Shown: positions 39,382-48,812 of the stretch, piece by piece
How positions within the stretch are numbered: position 1 is the first letter of the stretch
Layout: every line of letters starts with the position of its first letter
Virus record (IMG/VR): IMGVR_UViG_3300034110_001237
Coordinates: 97,698 to 161,697 of that record
From: a virus
Reading direction: 5' to 3' (one strand)
DNA: 64,000 nt
The notes under the pieces: generated by a model
Told to the model about the DNA's origin: nothing
Seen by the model: only the letters and a program-made list of their open reading frames with translations
Database searches by the model: none
Position numbers and translations under genes: made by a program

Positions 39382-40041
39382 ATGACCAATAAAATTAATG
39401 TTTCTTTTAAAATTGATAATATAGATATTTGTGATACTGGTTTTATTCAGGCTTCACAATTTATTAGAGATAAAATTCTGTCTGTTGTAAAATATCTTGA
39501 AAATCACTTTCATGTTTTAATAGATTTCACTTTCAATAATGGCAACCCTTTGACTATTAATGGAATGGCTCCTGTTGATATTACACTTAAAAAAGATTAT
39601 GTTAATGGACAAAATTCATTTTTAGCGGAATTTTCAAATCACTCAATTAAATTTAAAGCTAAGTTTTATGATTTTTCTTTAAGTAATGAATCTCAATTCA
39701 TTATTCATTTTAATTCCAATTTAGAATTAGAAAATTTAACTGTCATGTCAACTCGAAAAGATTTCAGTAAAAAAGAGCTTCAATTTTTAGTTTTAACCTT
39801 CGATAAAAATTTGAAATTGTTAAGTGTTCATCATACGAATAACTTTCAACAAAATTTAATAGAAAAACATGATTCCATGCTACTACCTTATTCTGATGAA
39901 TTACAATTGTTCCGTATTAGGGAATCCGATAAAAATGAACTTGTTGATGATTTTCCTGAATTCTATATTCCATCAGCATATAATTTCGAATCAGAAGATT
40001 TCAAAAATAGGTTAGCAGTTTATGAGATGATGATTACTTAA
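39382..40041 (+). CDS. paralog family B protein
   Basis: ends FPEFYIPSAYNFESEDFKNRLAVYEMMIT. Confidence 0.8.
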   Translation: MTNKINVSFKIDNIDICDTGFIQASQFIRDKILSVVKYLENHFHVLIDFTFNNGNPLTINGMAPVDITLKKDYVNGQNSFLAEFSNHSIKFKAKFYDFSLSNESQFIIHFNSNLELENLTVMSTRKDFSKKELQFLVLTFDKNLKLLSVHHTNNFQQNLIEKHDSMLLPYSDELQLFRIRESDKNELVDDFPEFYIPSAYNFESEDFKNRLAVYEMMIT

Positions 40042-40184
40042 ATAGATTGACTTTTGAAAATTGTTATTATATATTTGGCGATTGCTTTAAATATTGTTTA
40101 TTAATTTAACTGAGGTGGGATATTAATAGAGATTTTGTTATATCTGGTAATGCTAAATTTTTTGCAACTGCAGAAGATTTCAAA

Positions 40185-40655
40185 ATGTATGTTTACGATA
40201 AATTTGAAAAAGCAAAACCTGCTATATTTGATAGGGTTGGTAGATCCTTTGACATGAACCTTGACGATCTTGTTCCAACTGTTAGACCTGTTGCTATTAA
40301 AAAAGATCCCAACCTGCCAAGAATGGAATGGACTTACGAGTTAACCTTTAAATACGTACTTAATTTTGAAGTTAAATTAGATGTCGCACCTAATGCAAAA
40401 TTGATTATCAACCTTGATGATGAATTTAACGCTTCTGGTGCTCTTGTTTTCTTTTCGACTATTAATGGTGTGTCAGAAGATTTTAAATCAACCAAGATTT
40501 ATTTTGGTTATGACGAGCCATCGTGTCGTATTGAAATTCGATATAAAGAGAATAAAGAATCGAAAATTGTTAATATTAGTCAACTAGTTAATGGAACAGT
40601 TATTGAAGCTATCAGTAAAGCTAATCATTTTTTTGAGGAATCTTTAATTTCTTAA
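40185..40655 (+). CDS. hypothetical protein (possible ATT start at 40122)
   Basis: frame open back to 40110; GAGGT RBS precedes ATT at 40122. Confidence 0.7.
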   Translation: MYVYDKFEKAKPAIFDRVGRSFDMNLDDLVPTVRPVAIKKDPNLPRMEWTYELTFKYVLNFEVKLDVAPNAKLIINLDDEFNASGALVFFSTINGVSEDFKSTKIYFGYDEPSCRIEIRYKENKESKIVNISQLVNGTVIEAISKANHFFEESLIS

Positions 40656-40710
40656 TATTTGAAAAATATTATACTGTGTTATAATATAAAAAATAACTAA
40701 GAGATTTAGT

Positions 40711-41388
40711 ATGATACACAAAAGAATATTTATGGATAAGTTTGTAGAGACAGGAATGGCATTGAAGGATGATTTAGTCAATTTAAAAAAAGATGCTAGT
40801 CTCGATGAATTCAAACAAACTTTCCATAAATTTGGTATAGTCGTTGATGATGGTCAACATGAACTTTTTACTTTGTATCACAAAGCTTTCATATTTCCAT
40901 CTATGGCAGAAGGCATGGTGCTCACCACACTCAATATCAGTAATCTTCATTATGAAAACTTGAATAACCCACCAGAATTATTGAGCTATCAACCTATTAC
41001 TGATGGCTCATCTTCGGCTGTATTGAAAGAAGATATTTTAAAAAGACTAGAAGTCTATCAGTCCGATTTTCAAGATATTAAAAAGATACCAAAGTCCAGT
41101 GTTATGGGAAAAATGAAAGACAACATGTTTGTAGACGCTTATGAATCTGTCCAAAAAGACATTTCTAAATTGTTTAATAAACATGGTGTAACTACCAATT
41201 ATGAAGCTAACAAAGGCATTATCAAAGCTTCTAAACAAATGCAAAAATTCCCTATTGAAACTTCTGTCGTTGTTTCTAATCTTGTTTCTCGTAGAATTCA
41301 AGAAGGACTCGCACTAGAAACGGAAGTGGCTGTTAAAAATATAAAATCTACTCCATCTGATAGACAGAAAGGCATATTCATCGCTTAA
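40711..41388 (+). CDS. hypothetical protein
   Basis: promoter and terminator flanking. Confidence 0.75.
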   Translation: MIHKRIFMDKFVETGMALKDDLVNLKKDASLDEFKQTFHKFGIVVDDGQHELFTLYHKAFIFPSMAEGMVLTTLNISNLHYENLNNPPELLSYQPITDGSSSAVLKEDILKRLEVYQSDFQDIKKIPKSSVMGKMKDNMFVDAYESVQKDISKLFNKHGVTTNYEANKGIIKASKQMQKFPIETSVVVSNLVSRRIQEGLALETEVAVKNIKSTPSDRQKGIFIA

Positions 41389-41506
41389 TTAAAAAAGCCC
41401 ATTACGATGGGTCTTTTTTATTATCTAAAACAATCCAGTGTTACATATTGAAACATTATTGACTTCAATATATAATGAGACTACTTAATTAACAATTGGA
41501 AAGATA

Positions 41507-41749
41507 ATGCACACTCGTAACACGCTTCATTTGAATGACCAACAACTTGACCTTATTGAAAATATTCTTTCAACCACTCAACTCCATATCACTGATGATT
41601 TTGTTGTCGCACAACTGGTCAATAACGGCATTATGCGTTATCCAGCCGAGAAAGTGATGCAGTATCGTTCTTTTTACTTTGAACATAAAAATAAAGCGAT
41701 TAAAACACCACTTCGTCATGGATTATCAGCATCCAATCAAGTTATCTAA
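41507..41749 (+). CDS. hypothetical protein
   Basis: GGA RBS; ORF. Confidence 0.65.
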   Translation: MHTRNTLHLNDQQLDLIENILSTTQLHITDDFVVAQLVNNGIMRYPAEKVMQYRSFYFEHKNKAIKTPLRHGLSASNQVI

Positions 41750-41761
41750 CCTTTTATATTA

Positions 41762-41840
41762 TTGTAAACCTCACGTTTGTGGGGATTTTTCATTTTCTAT
41801 TGATTATTTGTTGTAAATCCTCACATTTGTAAGGATTTTG
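41762..41840. repeat. two imperfect copies of a ~29-bp palindromic element
   Basis: TTGTAAA-CCTCACGTTTGTGGGGATTTT (41762) and TTGTAAATCCTCACATTTGTAAGGATTTT (41811). Confidence 0.65.
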
Positions 41841-41866
41841 TTATTGAAAATATTATTTTTAGTGTT

Positions 41867-42484
41867 ATGTTGAAAAGAAGTAAACGTAACTATTATAATA
41901 TTATGGATCAATTAGCTGAGTTATTTTCAAAGCAAACCTATCAAGAAGATGGCATTACACAAGGACAGATTACGAGTCTTGCCAAGCATCATAAAAAAAC
42001 ACATTCACAAATCATTGTAAGCCTTTCTAAAATAGAAGGCTTAAATTTGATTACATCTGTCGATTCTTTCGCTAAACGAAGAGTTAACAGCAGACAACAA
42101 GAAGGTTATCTTTTTAAAGATGGATCGGTTCTTGTTAAATCTGAAGGTGAGTTCGTCGCCTTTACGATTGATGAAAGCTCTCAATGGCTGAGAGGTTTAG
42201 GGACTAAGCCATTCGATTTAAATGCATTTCAAGCTGGTGAAGTATTTACCCTTCGATCTGGTGTTGGATTTTCTATCGTTGAAATTGATTATCAAAAAGA
42301 TTTACCGTTGACTATAAAATTAGATAATGATCAATCGATCATTGTATACAAAAAAGATGGCAAATCAGACCAATATCAATTCGCTGCTTATGATTTGTTA
42401 ATGGTTACTCCAACCGAAAATCTATTCCCAGTAGACAATGGTAACAAGAAGAGTACGAATATTTTATCAATGCTGTTGAAATAA
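41867..42484 (+). CDS. hypothetical protein
   Basis: long ORF; start uncertain. Confidence 0.7.
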   Translation: MLKRSKRNYYNIMDQLAELFSKQTYQEDGITQGQITSLAKHHKKTHSQIIVSLSKIEGLNLITSVDSFAKRRVNSRQQEGYLFKDGSVLVKSEGEFVAFTIDESSQWLRGLGTKPFDLNAFQAGEVFTLRSGVGFSIVEIDYQKDLPLTIKLDNDQSIIVYKKDGKSDQYQFAAYDLLMVTPTENLFPVDNGNKKSTNILSMLLK

Positions 42485-42520
42485 GTAACACATCATGCTA
42501 TAATTGAGAAAAATTCGGAG

Positions 42521-42883
42521 ATGATCATGTTAAAAATGCTAAGTAAATTGTTTAGTACAGAAAAACGTGTGTTGGCGGTTGTTTTTGATGATGGCAGAGT
42601 GTTGATCTTCAACGAGAAGAACTTTGAGAGAAATTCTCATCTTGCTTCTTATGTGACTGATGACTTTGAAATTATTGGTAAACAAGTTGATGGTGTTCAA
42701 TCGGCTAAAATTGATTACTATGATGGAATGGTTCACATGCCAGAACAAACGTTGTATTCAATCCCTTATGACCAAGAGAAACGCCCTGATACTTCACCAT
42801 CACTACCTAAGTCTGTTCGTAATGCTGTCTGGAACTATCTGGAAGGTGCAGAAGATAAGGTTCAAATTAAAATGGCGTCCTAG
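42521..42883 (+). CDS. hypothetical protein
   Basis: TGCTATAAT promoter, GGAG RBS. Confidence 0.75.
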   Translation: MIMLKMLSKLFSTEKRVLAVVFDDGRVLIFNEKNFERNSHLASYVTDDFEIIGKQVDGVQSAKIDYYDGMVHMPEQTLYSIPYDQEKRPDTSPSLPKSVRNAVWNYLEGAEDKVQIKMAS

Positions 42884-43013
42884 TGGCGTCTTTTTTTGCT
42901 TTCAATTTCCCTATCAATCATCAATTTAAAGCCGTATTTGGTATTTAAAACTTGTTTTAGACACTGTTTTTTGATATAATAACTTACTTTCAAAGAGCCT
43001 AGGAGCTTTTACA

Positions 43014-43541
43014 ATGCCAACTAAATACATTCGTCATCAGTCTCGATTTGTTGTGTTCCATGAAAAGATTGTTCACAGTGAAATGGCTCACCGTCTGTTT
43101 GGTCATGACAAGCTGATTCATGGAGCTGGTTTTATCAATCTTTTTCTTGAAGATGGTAAAATTCAAGCCAAATGCTATGGCAAAAGCGAATCGTTGCGTG
43201 TAGGGACTCGTCGTGATGACCATACTCAGATCTTGGATGCCATTGGCGTTGAGAATGAAGATGAGGTTGAACATGCTAAATACGTCATCTGGCGTGGTAA
43301 GGCTGTTGTATTCCCTAATGATCTTGAACACAAAGCTGTCGCGGAGGCTGCGTTCTTGGGTAGTTCCGATTGTGAAAGTGCTGGTTTCATCAAGTTCATT
43401 TTTACAGCGGCTGGTAAGGTCAAAGTTCATTGCTATGGTGAAAGTATGAGTCTTGGTGTTTCATCTCAGCCAAAGGACTTCAGAACCATTGCAGACTTGA
43501 TGGGAATTCCAGAAGCCAATCTGCATTTTAGTAAACATTGA
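43014..43541 (+). CDS. hypothetical protein made of two tandem copies of one domain
   Basis: KY.....VVF....H...A.....AGFI.......K....CYG.S.SL.V occurs twice. Confidence 0.8.
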   Translation: MPTKYIRHQSRFVVFHEKIVHSEMAHRLFGHDKLIHGAGFINLFLEDGKIQAKCYGKSESLRVGTRRDDHTQILDAIGVENEDEVEHAKYVIWRGKAVVFPNDLEHKAVAEAAFLGSSDCESAGFIKFIFTAAGKVKVHCYGESMSLGVSSQPKDFRTIADLMGIPEANLHFSKH

Positions 43542-43566
43542 TAAGTAATTCAGTTAATACGGAGTT

Positions 43567-43788
43567 TTGACCATGAATAAACCATTGAATAAAAATGTGC
43601 AGTTTGTAAAAGTTAAACAAGAAGGTGTTGGGATTGATATTCCTTACCGTGTAAAAACATTTGGTGATAAAGAATGCGTTGTGGTTGTTGATAAAAAAGG
43701 AACTACGTTTAGTAATGATCGACTTTATCAAGACATGGACTGCTACAAAGTGGATCAGCAAGTAAAACTGCAAAAATTTAAAAAGTAA
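43567..43788 (+). CDS. hypothetical protein
   Basis: GGAG RBS. Confidence 0.65.
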   Translation: MTMNKPLNKNVQFVKVKQEGVGIDIPYRVKTFGDKECVVVVDKKGTTFSNDRLYQDMDCYKVDQQVKLQKFKK

Positions 43789-43830
43789 TTGAAATATGGA
43801 TAACAAGAAAGGTAGCCTGAGCTACCTTTT

Positions 43831-44994
43831 TTATTTTCCGTCATAATGAACTTTTACATCAGTATAATAGCCAGTTGATGTGCCAGATCTTGAGGTTGGT
43901 GTTACATAATTTGATATGCCAGCCGGTGTTTTTGTGAATTTATAAAAAACAGGTGCGTAACTTGCTGTACCATTTTTTACTATTGATATTTTATAATCTA
44001 TTTTACCATTAGTAGGTAAATATAATTTTTCATTCAATGTAAACACGTTAAATTTGTTATCAAGCATTTTAAGAGTGTCATAAGCAGGAGATGATACACA
44101 CTTACCATCTACACAAGCTGTTAATGTAAGCTTATAAGTAGATTTATTTACATAGTTAGCAAATACTATTGATAATGCTGTTACATCCCCTGCTGGGATA
44201 TTGGTTATACTGGCTGAGAAATCACCTGTATTCGGCCAAATGAGTAAATCGGTGGTTGTTGCCGGAATATTTTGTGACAAGGTAAAGACTCCACTAAACT
44301 TTACAGGAACGACCACAACCGATCTTGTTTCCTCAACACTTTCACCTTTACTGTTAACTGCTTTTATTGTAAAGGTATAAGTTCCTTCTGTTGTAGGCGT
44401 TATAGAAATTAGGTTTCCTGTTACTTTGGTGAATTCTGTTGAAATGTTTGTTGTTGCAATATTGCTTTTAATGAAAACTTCTTTTGCATCAGTAATTGAC
44501 CAATTAAGATTGAAACTACTATTTGCTGTGACTTCAGTGAAATTTGAATTAAATGATTCTATTTTAGGAATTGGCTCTATCTTTTCAGATTGCACATTTA
44601 GTGTTGATTCTACACTTTTCCCATCTTTGTTTATCGCTTTAATTGTAAAGACATAAAATCCAACTTCAGTTGGATATACAACCAAACTATTGCTGTTTAT
44701 TTTTACAAAGGTGTTTGTTGTTTTATCAGTATTTAAATTACTTTTAATGAAAATGTCGTTTGCATTAGTTGTTTCCCAATCAAGTGTTATTTGACTGTTA
44801 ACATCTAGTCTGCTTATGTTTGATTTAAAATGAATAATGTTAGGTTCTAGTTCTACTGGGGCTGGTATTTCGTTTTCTGTTTTGTTTATAAATTTTATAC
44901 TGGGTTGAGCATAATATCTCACTTCATAACCAGCGTAGGAAATTGATAATGTCAGAGTTGCTAATATTGATAAGGTTAGATAACTTTTTTTCAT
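43831..44994 (-). CDS. secreted protein with two Ig-like repeats, 'ADY' family
   Basis: signal peptide SYA-GYEVRYYAQPSIKF; duplicated P.I..F.SN...L.W...FIKSN...FTIKA.N..G.SVE unit also seen in 11608..13431. Confidence 0.75.
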   Translation of the reverse strand: MKKSYLTLSILATLTLSISYAGYEVRYYAQPSIKFINKTENEIPAPVELEPNIIHFKSNISRLDVNSQITLDWETTNANDIFIKSNLNTDKTTNTFVKINSNSLVVYPTEVGFYVFTIKAINKDGKSVESTLNVQSEKIEPIPKIESFNSNFTEVTANSSFNLNWSITDAKEVFIKSNIATTNISTEFTKVTGNLISITPTTEGTYTFTIKAVNSKGESVEETRSVVVVPVKFSGVFTLSQNIPATTTDLLIWPNTGDFSASITNIPAGDVTALSIVFANYVNKSTYKLTLTACVDGKCVSSPAYDTLKMLDNKFNVFTLNEKLYLPTNGKIDYKISIVKNGTASYAPVFYKFTKTPAGISNYVTPTSRSGTSTGYYTDVKVHYDGK

Positions 44995-45166
44995 TGTATT
45001 TTTTTGTTGTTATTTTATTATCATTGTAATATTATAATGCTTGAAGTCAATTATTATTCATTATTTTTTGAATTTTAAAAACAAACCCACGATTTTTTAA
45101 ATATTTAAATCTTGCCTTTTTTGTCATTATTTACTATAATAATTATTATTTTTTAGGAGTTGTATC

Positions 45167-46162
45167 ATGTCAAAAATCTTGACCGGCGATAGACCAACAG
45201 GTTCACTTCATCTGGGGCATTTTGTAGGTTCCTTACACAACCGTGTGAAACTTCAGCACTTGCACCAGCAAACTATTTTGATTGCTGATAATCAGGCGTT
45301 AACTGACAATATGGGAAATCCTACGAAAGTCCGTGATAACGTCATTGAAGTTGCTAAAGACTATCTGGCTTGTGGGATTGATCCTAGTAAGACCACTATT
45401 TGTGTTCAATCACACCTTCCGGCTATTGCCGAATTGACATTGCTGTATCTTAACCTTGTAACTGTCTCCCGTTTAGAACGGAATCCTACCATTCGTGATG
45501 AGATTAAAGCCAAGAACTTTGAGCGAAGTATTCCAGCCGGTTTCTTAGCTTATCCAGTAGCACAAGCCGCAGACATTACTGCATTCAAGGCCGATCTTGT
45601 TCCAGTCGGTGAAGACCAGCTTCCATTGATTGAGCAAGCGAATGAAATCGTCCACAAATTAAACACTCAGCTAGGCTTCGAAATTGTTCCATCCATAAAA
45701 GCTCTTACTTCAACAGTGGCACGACTACCAAGCCTTGATGGTAAGTCTAAAATGAGCAAATCGCTTGGTAATACTATCAATCTATACGCAAGCATGAAAG
45801 ACATTCAAAAGGCCGTCAATTTGATGTTTACTGACAGTAATCATCTTCGCGTTGAAGATCCCGGTAAAGTAGAAGGCAACGTGGTGTTTACTTACCTTGA
45901 TGCGTTTGATCCCGATGTGAATGAGGTGGCTAACCTGAAAGAGTTTTATCAGCGTGGTGGTTTAGGTGATGGCACTTTAAAAAAACGTCTGGTTGGTGTT
46001 TTAGAAACGGTTATTGCTCCTATCCGAGAACAAAGACTAATACTCAATACTCAGCATGATTTTGTACTTGATGTGTTGAAGCAAGGTACGTTTCAAGCAA
46101 AAGCTGAAACTGATCAAAACGTCAATGAGATTAAAGATGCTTTTGGTTTTTTTAAATTTTAA
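45167..46162 (+). CDS. trpS: tryptophanyl-tRNA synthetase
   Basis: ILTGDRPTGSLHLGH (HIGH), YPVAQAADI, VPVGEDQ, KMSKS. Confidence 0.97.
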   Translation: MSKILTGDRPTGSLHLGHFVGSLHNRVKLQHLHQQTILIADNQALTDNMGNPTKVRDNVIEVAKDYLACGIDPSKTTICVQSHLPAIAELTLLYLNLVTVSRLERNPTIRDEIKAKNFERSIPAGFLAYPVAQAADITAFKADLVPVGEDQLPLIEQANEIVHKLNTQLGFEIVPSIKALTSTVARLPSLDGKSKMSKSLGNTINLYASMKDIQKAVNLMFTDSNHLRVEDPGKVEGNVVFTYLDAFDPDVNEVANLKEFYQRGGLGDGTLKKRLVGVLETVIAPIREQRLILNTQHDFVLDVLKQGTFQAKAETDQNVNEIKDAFGFFKF

Positions 46163-46270
46163 ATCAATGGCAATTTTGAATAATTCTTGCTTATTTTAAC
46201 GATTTGCTGTATTATTGCGAAAACTATATTCATTCTATTTTTTTTCCACCTACTAATAAAGGAAGTAACT

Positions 46271-46603
46271 ATGTCTAACAACACTGAATTAAACGCTTAT
46301 ATCAAATCTAAAAAAGATCTTTTCATTGATAAAATGAAAGATAATATTGTAAAGATTGAAACTGACTTAAATGTTAAAATTGATTATTTGATTACTGAAA
46401 ATGATCATTCTGTTTTCATTAAAGGTGTTGACACTTATTCTTATTTTGCCTCGAAATGGTTTCCTGCAAAAATTAATCCAGACGTTAAGATGTGTTTCCG
46501 TTTGAAAGACAATCCTTCACTTGTTTCGAATAATAATAAATCGTTGCTATCATTTTCTATAAATGAAGATTTTGAAGTTTTAAATGTTCGTCTTAGAAAC
46601 TAA
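46271..46603 (+). CDS. short protein resembling the N-terminal part of family B
   Basis: AAGGA RBS; K......IE..L....Y..... and LS.S.N..F pattern as in 38710..39360; lacks the C-terminal tail. Confidence 0.55.
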   Translation: MSNNTELNAYIKSKKDLFIDKMKDNIVKIETDLNVKIDYLITENDHSVFIKGVDTYSYFASKWFPAKINPDVKMCFRLKDNPSLVSNNNKSLLSFSINEDFEVLNVRLRN

Positions 46604-46752
46604 TTTTCACAAGTAAAAAAGACCTATTAAAAGGTCTTTTTTTTGCTTTTTAGTTTTAAAAAAACAGTCATATTATATTTAATTTATTAGCAAGCTCTTT
46701 ACTTTTTGTATTTTTATAGTAAGATGATGAAGACAAACAGTAAGGAGGACTT

Positions 46753-47037
46753 ATGAAAAGAAGTACAGTTCCGATTGCTATTGCCGCGTTATTGCCAATG
46801 GTTTATGGGGTTAGAAAACTCGTTGAAACAAAGGCACATGAAAAGAATGAAATGAATCAACTTCTCGGGGATCATTTCAAGGATGATTACAAAAATTTGA
46901 AATTGACTTCCCACCAAAGAAAAGAGATTTGTTCAGTTCTTAAAAATAAGGCTGCTGATGCTAATCACGACATTAAACATATACTTAATACAACACAGCT
47001 TAGTCTATACGAAAAAATTCGTAATAAACTTCATTAA
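46753..47037 (+). CDS. LTXXQ-like small protein
   Basis: TAAGGAGG RBS; LKLTSHQR and ILNTTQ. Confidence 0.6.
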   Translation: MKRSTVPIAIAALLPMVYGVRKLVETKAHEKNEMNQLLGDHFKDDYKNLKLTSHQRKEICSVLKNKAADANHDIKHILNTTQLSLYEKIRNKLH

Positions 47038-47095
47038 TTTAAAGCTATTATATTAAACATTTAATTAACTAAACTAACTTTGGAGGCTACAACCT

Positions 47096-47440
47096 ATGAA
47101 AAAATTAATCATGACTACCGCACTTACATCATTAATCGCTTTATCATCAACTGCATTTGCAACAGATACAGCACCAACTAGCAATAATGCTCCCGGCGTC
47201 AATACAACTGCTGAGCAGGTTAAAAGCCATGCTACTGGTAGAATGGTTCGTGATCAAATGGAAGCAGATGCTGCTCGTTTGAATCTAACAGCAGAGCAAA
47301 AAACAAAAATTGCTGATCTTGTAAAAGAAAGTAAAAAAGACCTCGATAAAGACATTAGAGATGAATTAGATGACAAACAAAAAGTAGAGTTTGATAAAAT
47401 TCAAGCTGAGCATAAGGCGGCATGGTCAAAATCTAAGTAA
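47096..47440 (+). CDS. LTXXQ (Spy/CpxP-like) periplasmic protein
   Basis: signal peptide AFA; LNLTAEQK and LDDKQK. Confidence 0.75.
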   Translation: MKKLIMTTALTSLIALSSTAFATDTAPTSNNAPGVNTTAEQVKSHATGRMVRDQMEADAARLNLTAEQKTKIADLVKESKKDLDKDIRDELDDKQKVEFDKIQAEHKAAWSKSK

Positions 47441-47558
47441 TTCATTTATACTTTCAAAAAAAGACTTAGCGATAGGTCTTTTTTTTATTAAAAATATTGT
47501 TATTTTCTGGGTGTTTTGGTATAATTAGTCTTATCTATTATTCCATTGGAGCACTGCA

Positions 47559-48059
47559 ATGAACGAATTCTTGACCCTTCTGAACACTTTTTCATCCCTG
47601 AAATTGACTGAGCACTCTAACCTCACGCCGATGATGGATATTAAGTTCAACGTGGCTAGTGAACAATATTCCTTGGCTGCAAGTCAGATTCGGCAAAATA
47701 TTCAAAAAATGCAACAACGTACTCCTAGTCTTACTTATGAGCATGCTGGTATTCAGTTTCTTGAAATGATCCACAATAGTATTCTTGATATGGATCACAA
47801 ATACCACAACGAATACATGATTGGCTTGTTTGAATTGATTAAAAAGAACCTTTCAATGGCTGATTTAAAAAATGAACTTCTCTCTTTTCAAGCTTATAGT
47901 CAAGATCTGAATAAACAAGAATCAAAAGATTCTTTGATTCAGCTTATGAAGAAGCTTAATGAAAAAGATTTTAAACATAAACAAGCGGTAATCCTTTTTA
48001 TCGCTCAAATGTTGTCTACTCATGACTATTTGGTGTCATTGAAGGCGAAATATTTCTGA
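47559..48059 (+). CDS. hypothetical protein (paralog of 48181..48675)
   Basis: LAA..IR..IQ, IQ.L.MIHN, LN.K.F..K..I.F....L.THD....LK..YF shared. Confidence 0.8.
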   Translation: MNEFLTLLNTFSSLKLTEHSNLTPMMDIKFNVASEQYSLAASQIRQNIQKMQQRTPSLTYEHAGIQFLEMIHNSILDMDHKYHNEYMIGLFELIKKNLSMADLKNELLSFQAYSQDLNKQESKDSLIQLMKKLNEKDFKHKQAVILFIAQMLSTHDYLVSLKAKYF

Positions 48060-48180
48060 GTATAGAGACGGAATACAACAGAAATCGTTCAGCTTTTTAC
48101 GATTATTTGTCAACAAAACAAATTGTTGTTTTCTCAGATTTATGTTATACTTTGAACCTTATTTTAATGGAGATTTTGCT

Positions 48181-48675
48181 ATGAACCAACTAGTTTCTTT
48201 GCTGAAAACGTTGAAAGCTTTGAAGTTGAATGTTCGCACTGAAATGCCATCAGTGGACGATTTTCAGTTGTTGATTGCAACAGACAGTTGCCGTCTTGCT
48301 GCTCATCATATTCGTAAAGAAATTCAATATCACCTTGAATTTAATAAGCTGACCGACGACACACATCAAATCCAGCTTCTCAAAATGATTCATAATTTGG
48401 TTATTGATAAAAACATTGAGCAACAGCGAGAATATTTCGATAGCCTTTTCGACCTTATCCAATCAAATGATGAGTTGAAACCTATCTTGGTTTTTCACGA
48501 ATTTAAAAATAGTGGTTACAAGCTGACTGATCCAGAACATTACGAAAAGTTTGTTAAGAAAGTTCGAAGCTTGAACAACAAGGAATTTCAAAACAAAGAG
48601 CTTATCATTTTCTTTTGCTCGAAAATTCTGGAAACCCATGATGAGATTCAAAAACTTAAATCTCAATATTTTTAA
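48181..48675 (+). CDS. hypothetical protein (paralog of 47559..48059)
   Basis: GGAG RBS before ATG at 48181. Confidence 0.8.
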   Translation: MNQLVSLLKTLKALKLNVRTEMPSVDDFQLLIATDSCRLAAHHIRKEIQYHLEFNKLTDDTHQIQLLKMIHNLVIDKNIEQQREYFDSLFDLIQSNDELKPILVFHEFKNSGYKLTDPEHYEKFVKKVRSLNNKEFQNKELIIFFCSKILETHDEIQKLKSQYF

Positions 48676-48776
48676 ATTTTCTTAAAAAACACTTGCCATA
48701 ATGTCTAAAATTAGGTATTATGGCTATCTCAACAACGTATACATATTTTATTAATTATCTTAAAAGGAGAATGCCC

Positions 48777-48791
48777 ATGTCTATTATTTAA
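48777..48791 (+). promoter_or_regulatory. 4-codon leader uORF (MSII) pairing with downstream RBS region
   Basis: AAGGAG RBS 7 nt upstream; TCTATTA 48780-48786 complementary to TAATAGA 48795-48801. Confidence 0.5.
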
Positions 48792-48812
48792 ACTTAATAG
48801 AGGATATTAAAT

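Noticed and set aside
14387-42484. Met at -4 in 14387..14713 (ASMFKR) and 41867..42484 (LSMLLK)
   Set aside because: Basic final residue and no family link; not counted in the tail motif, may be chance.
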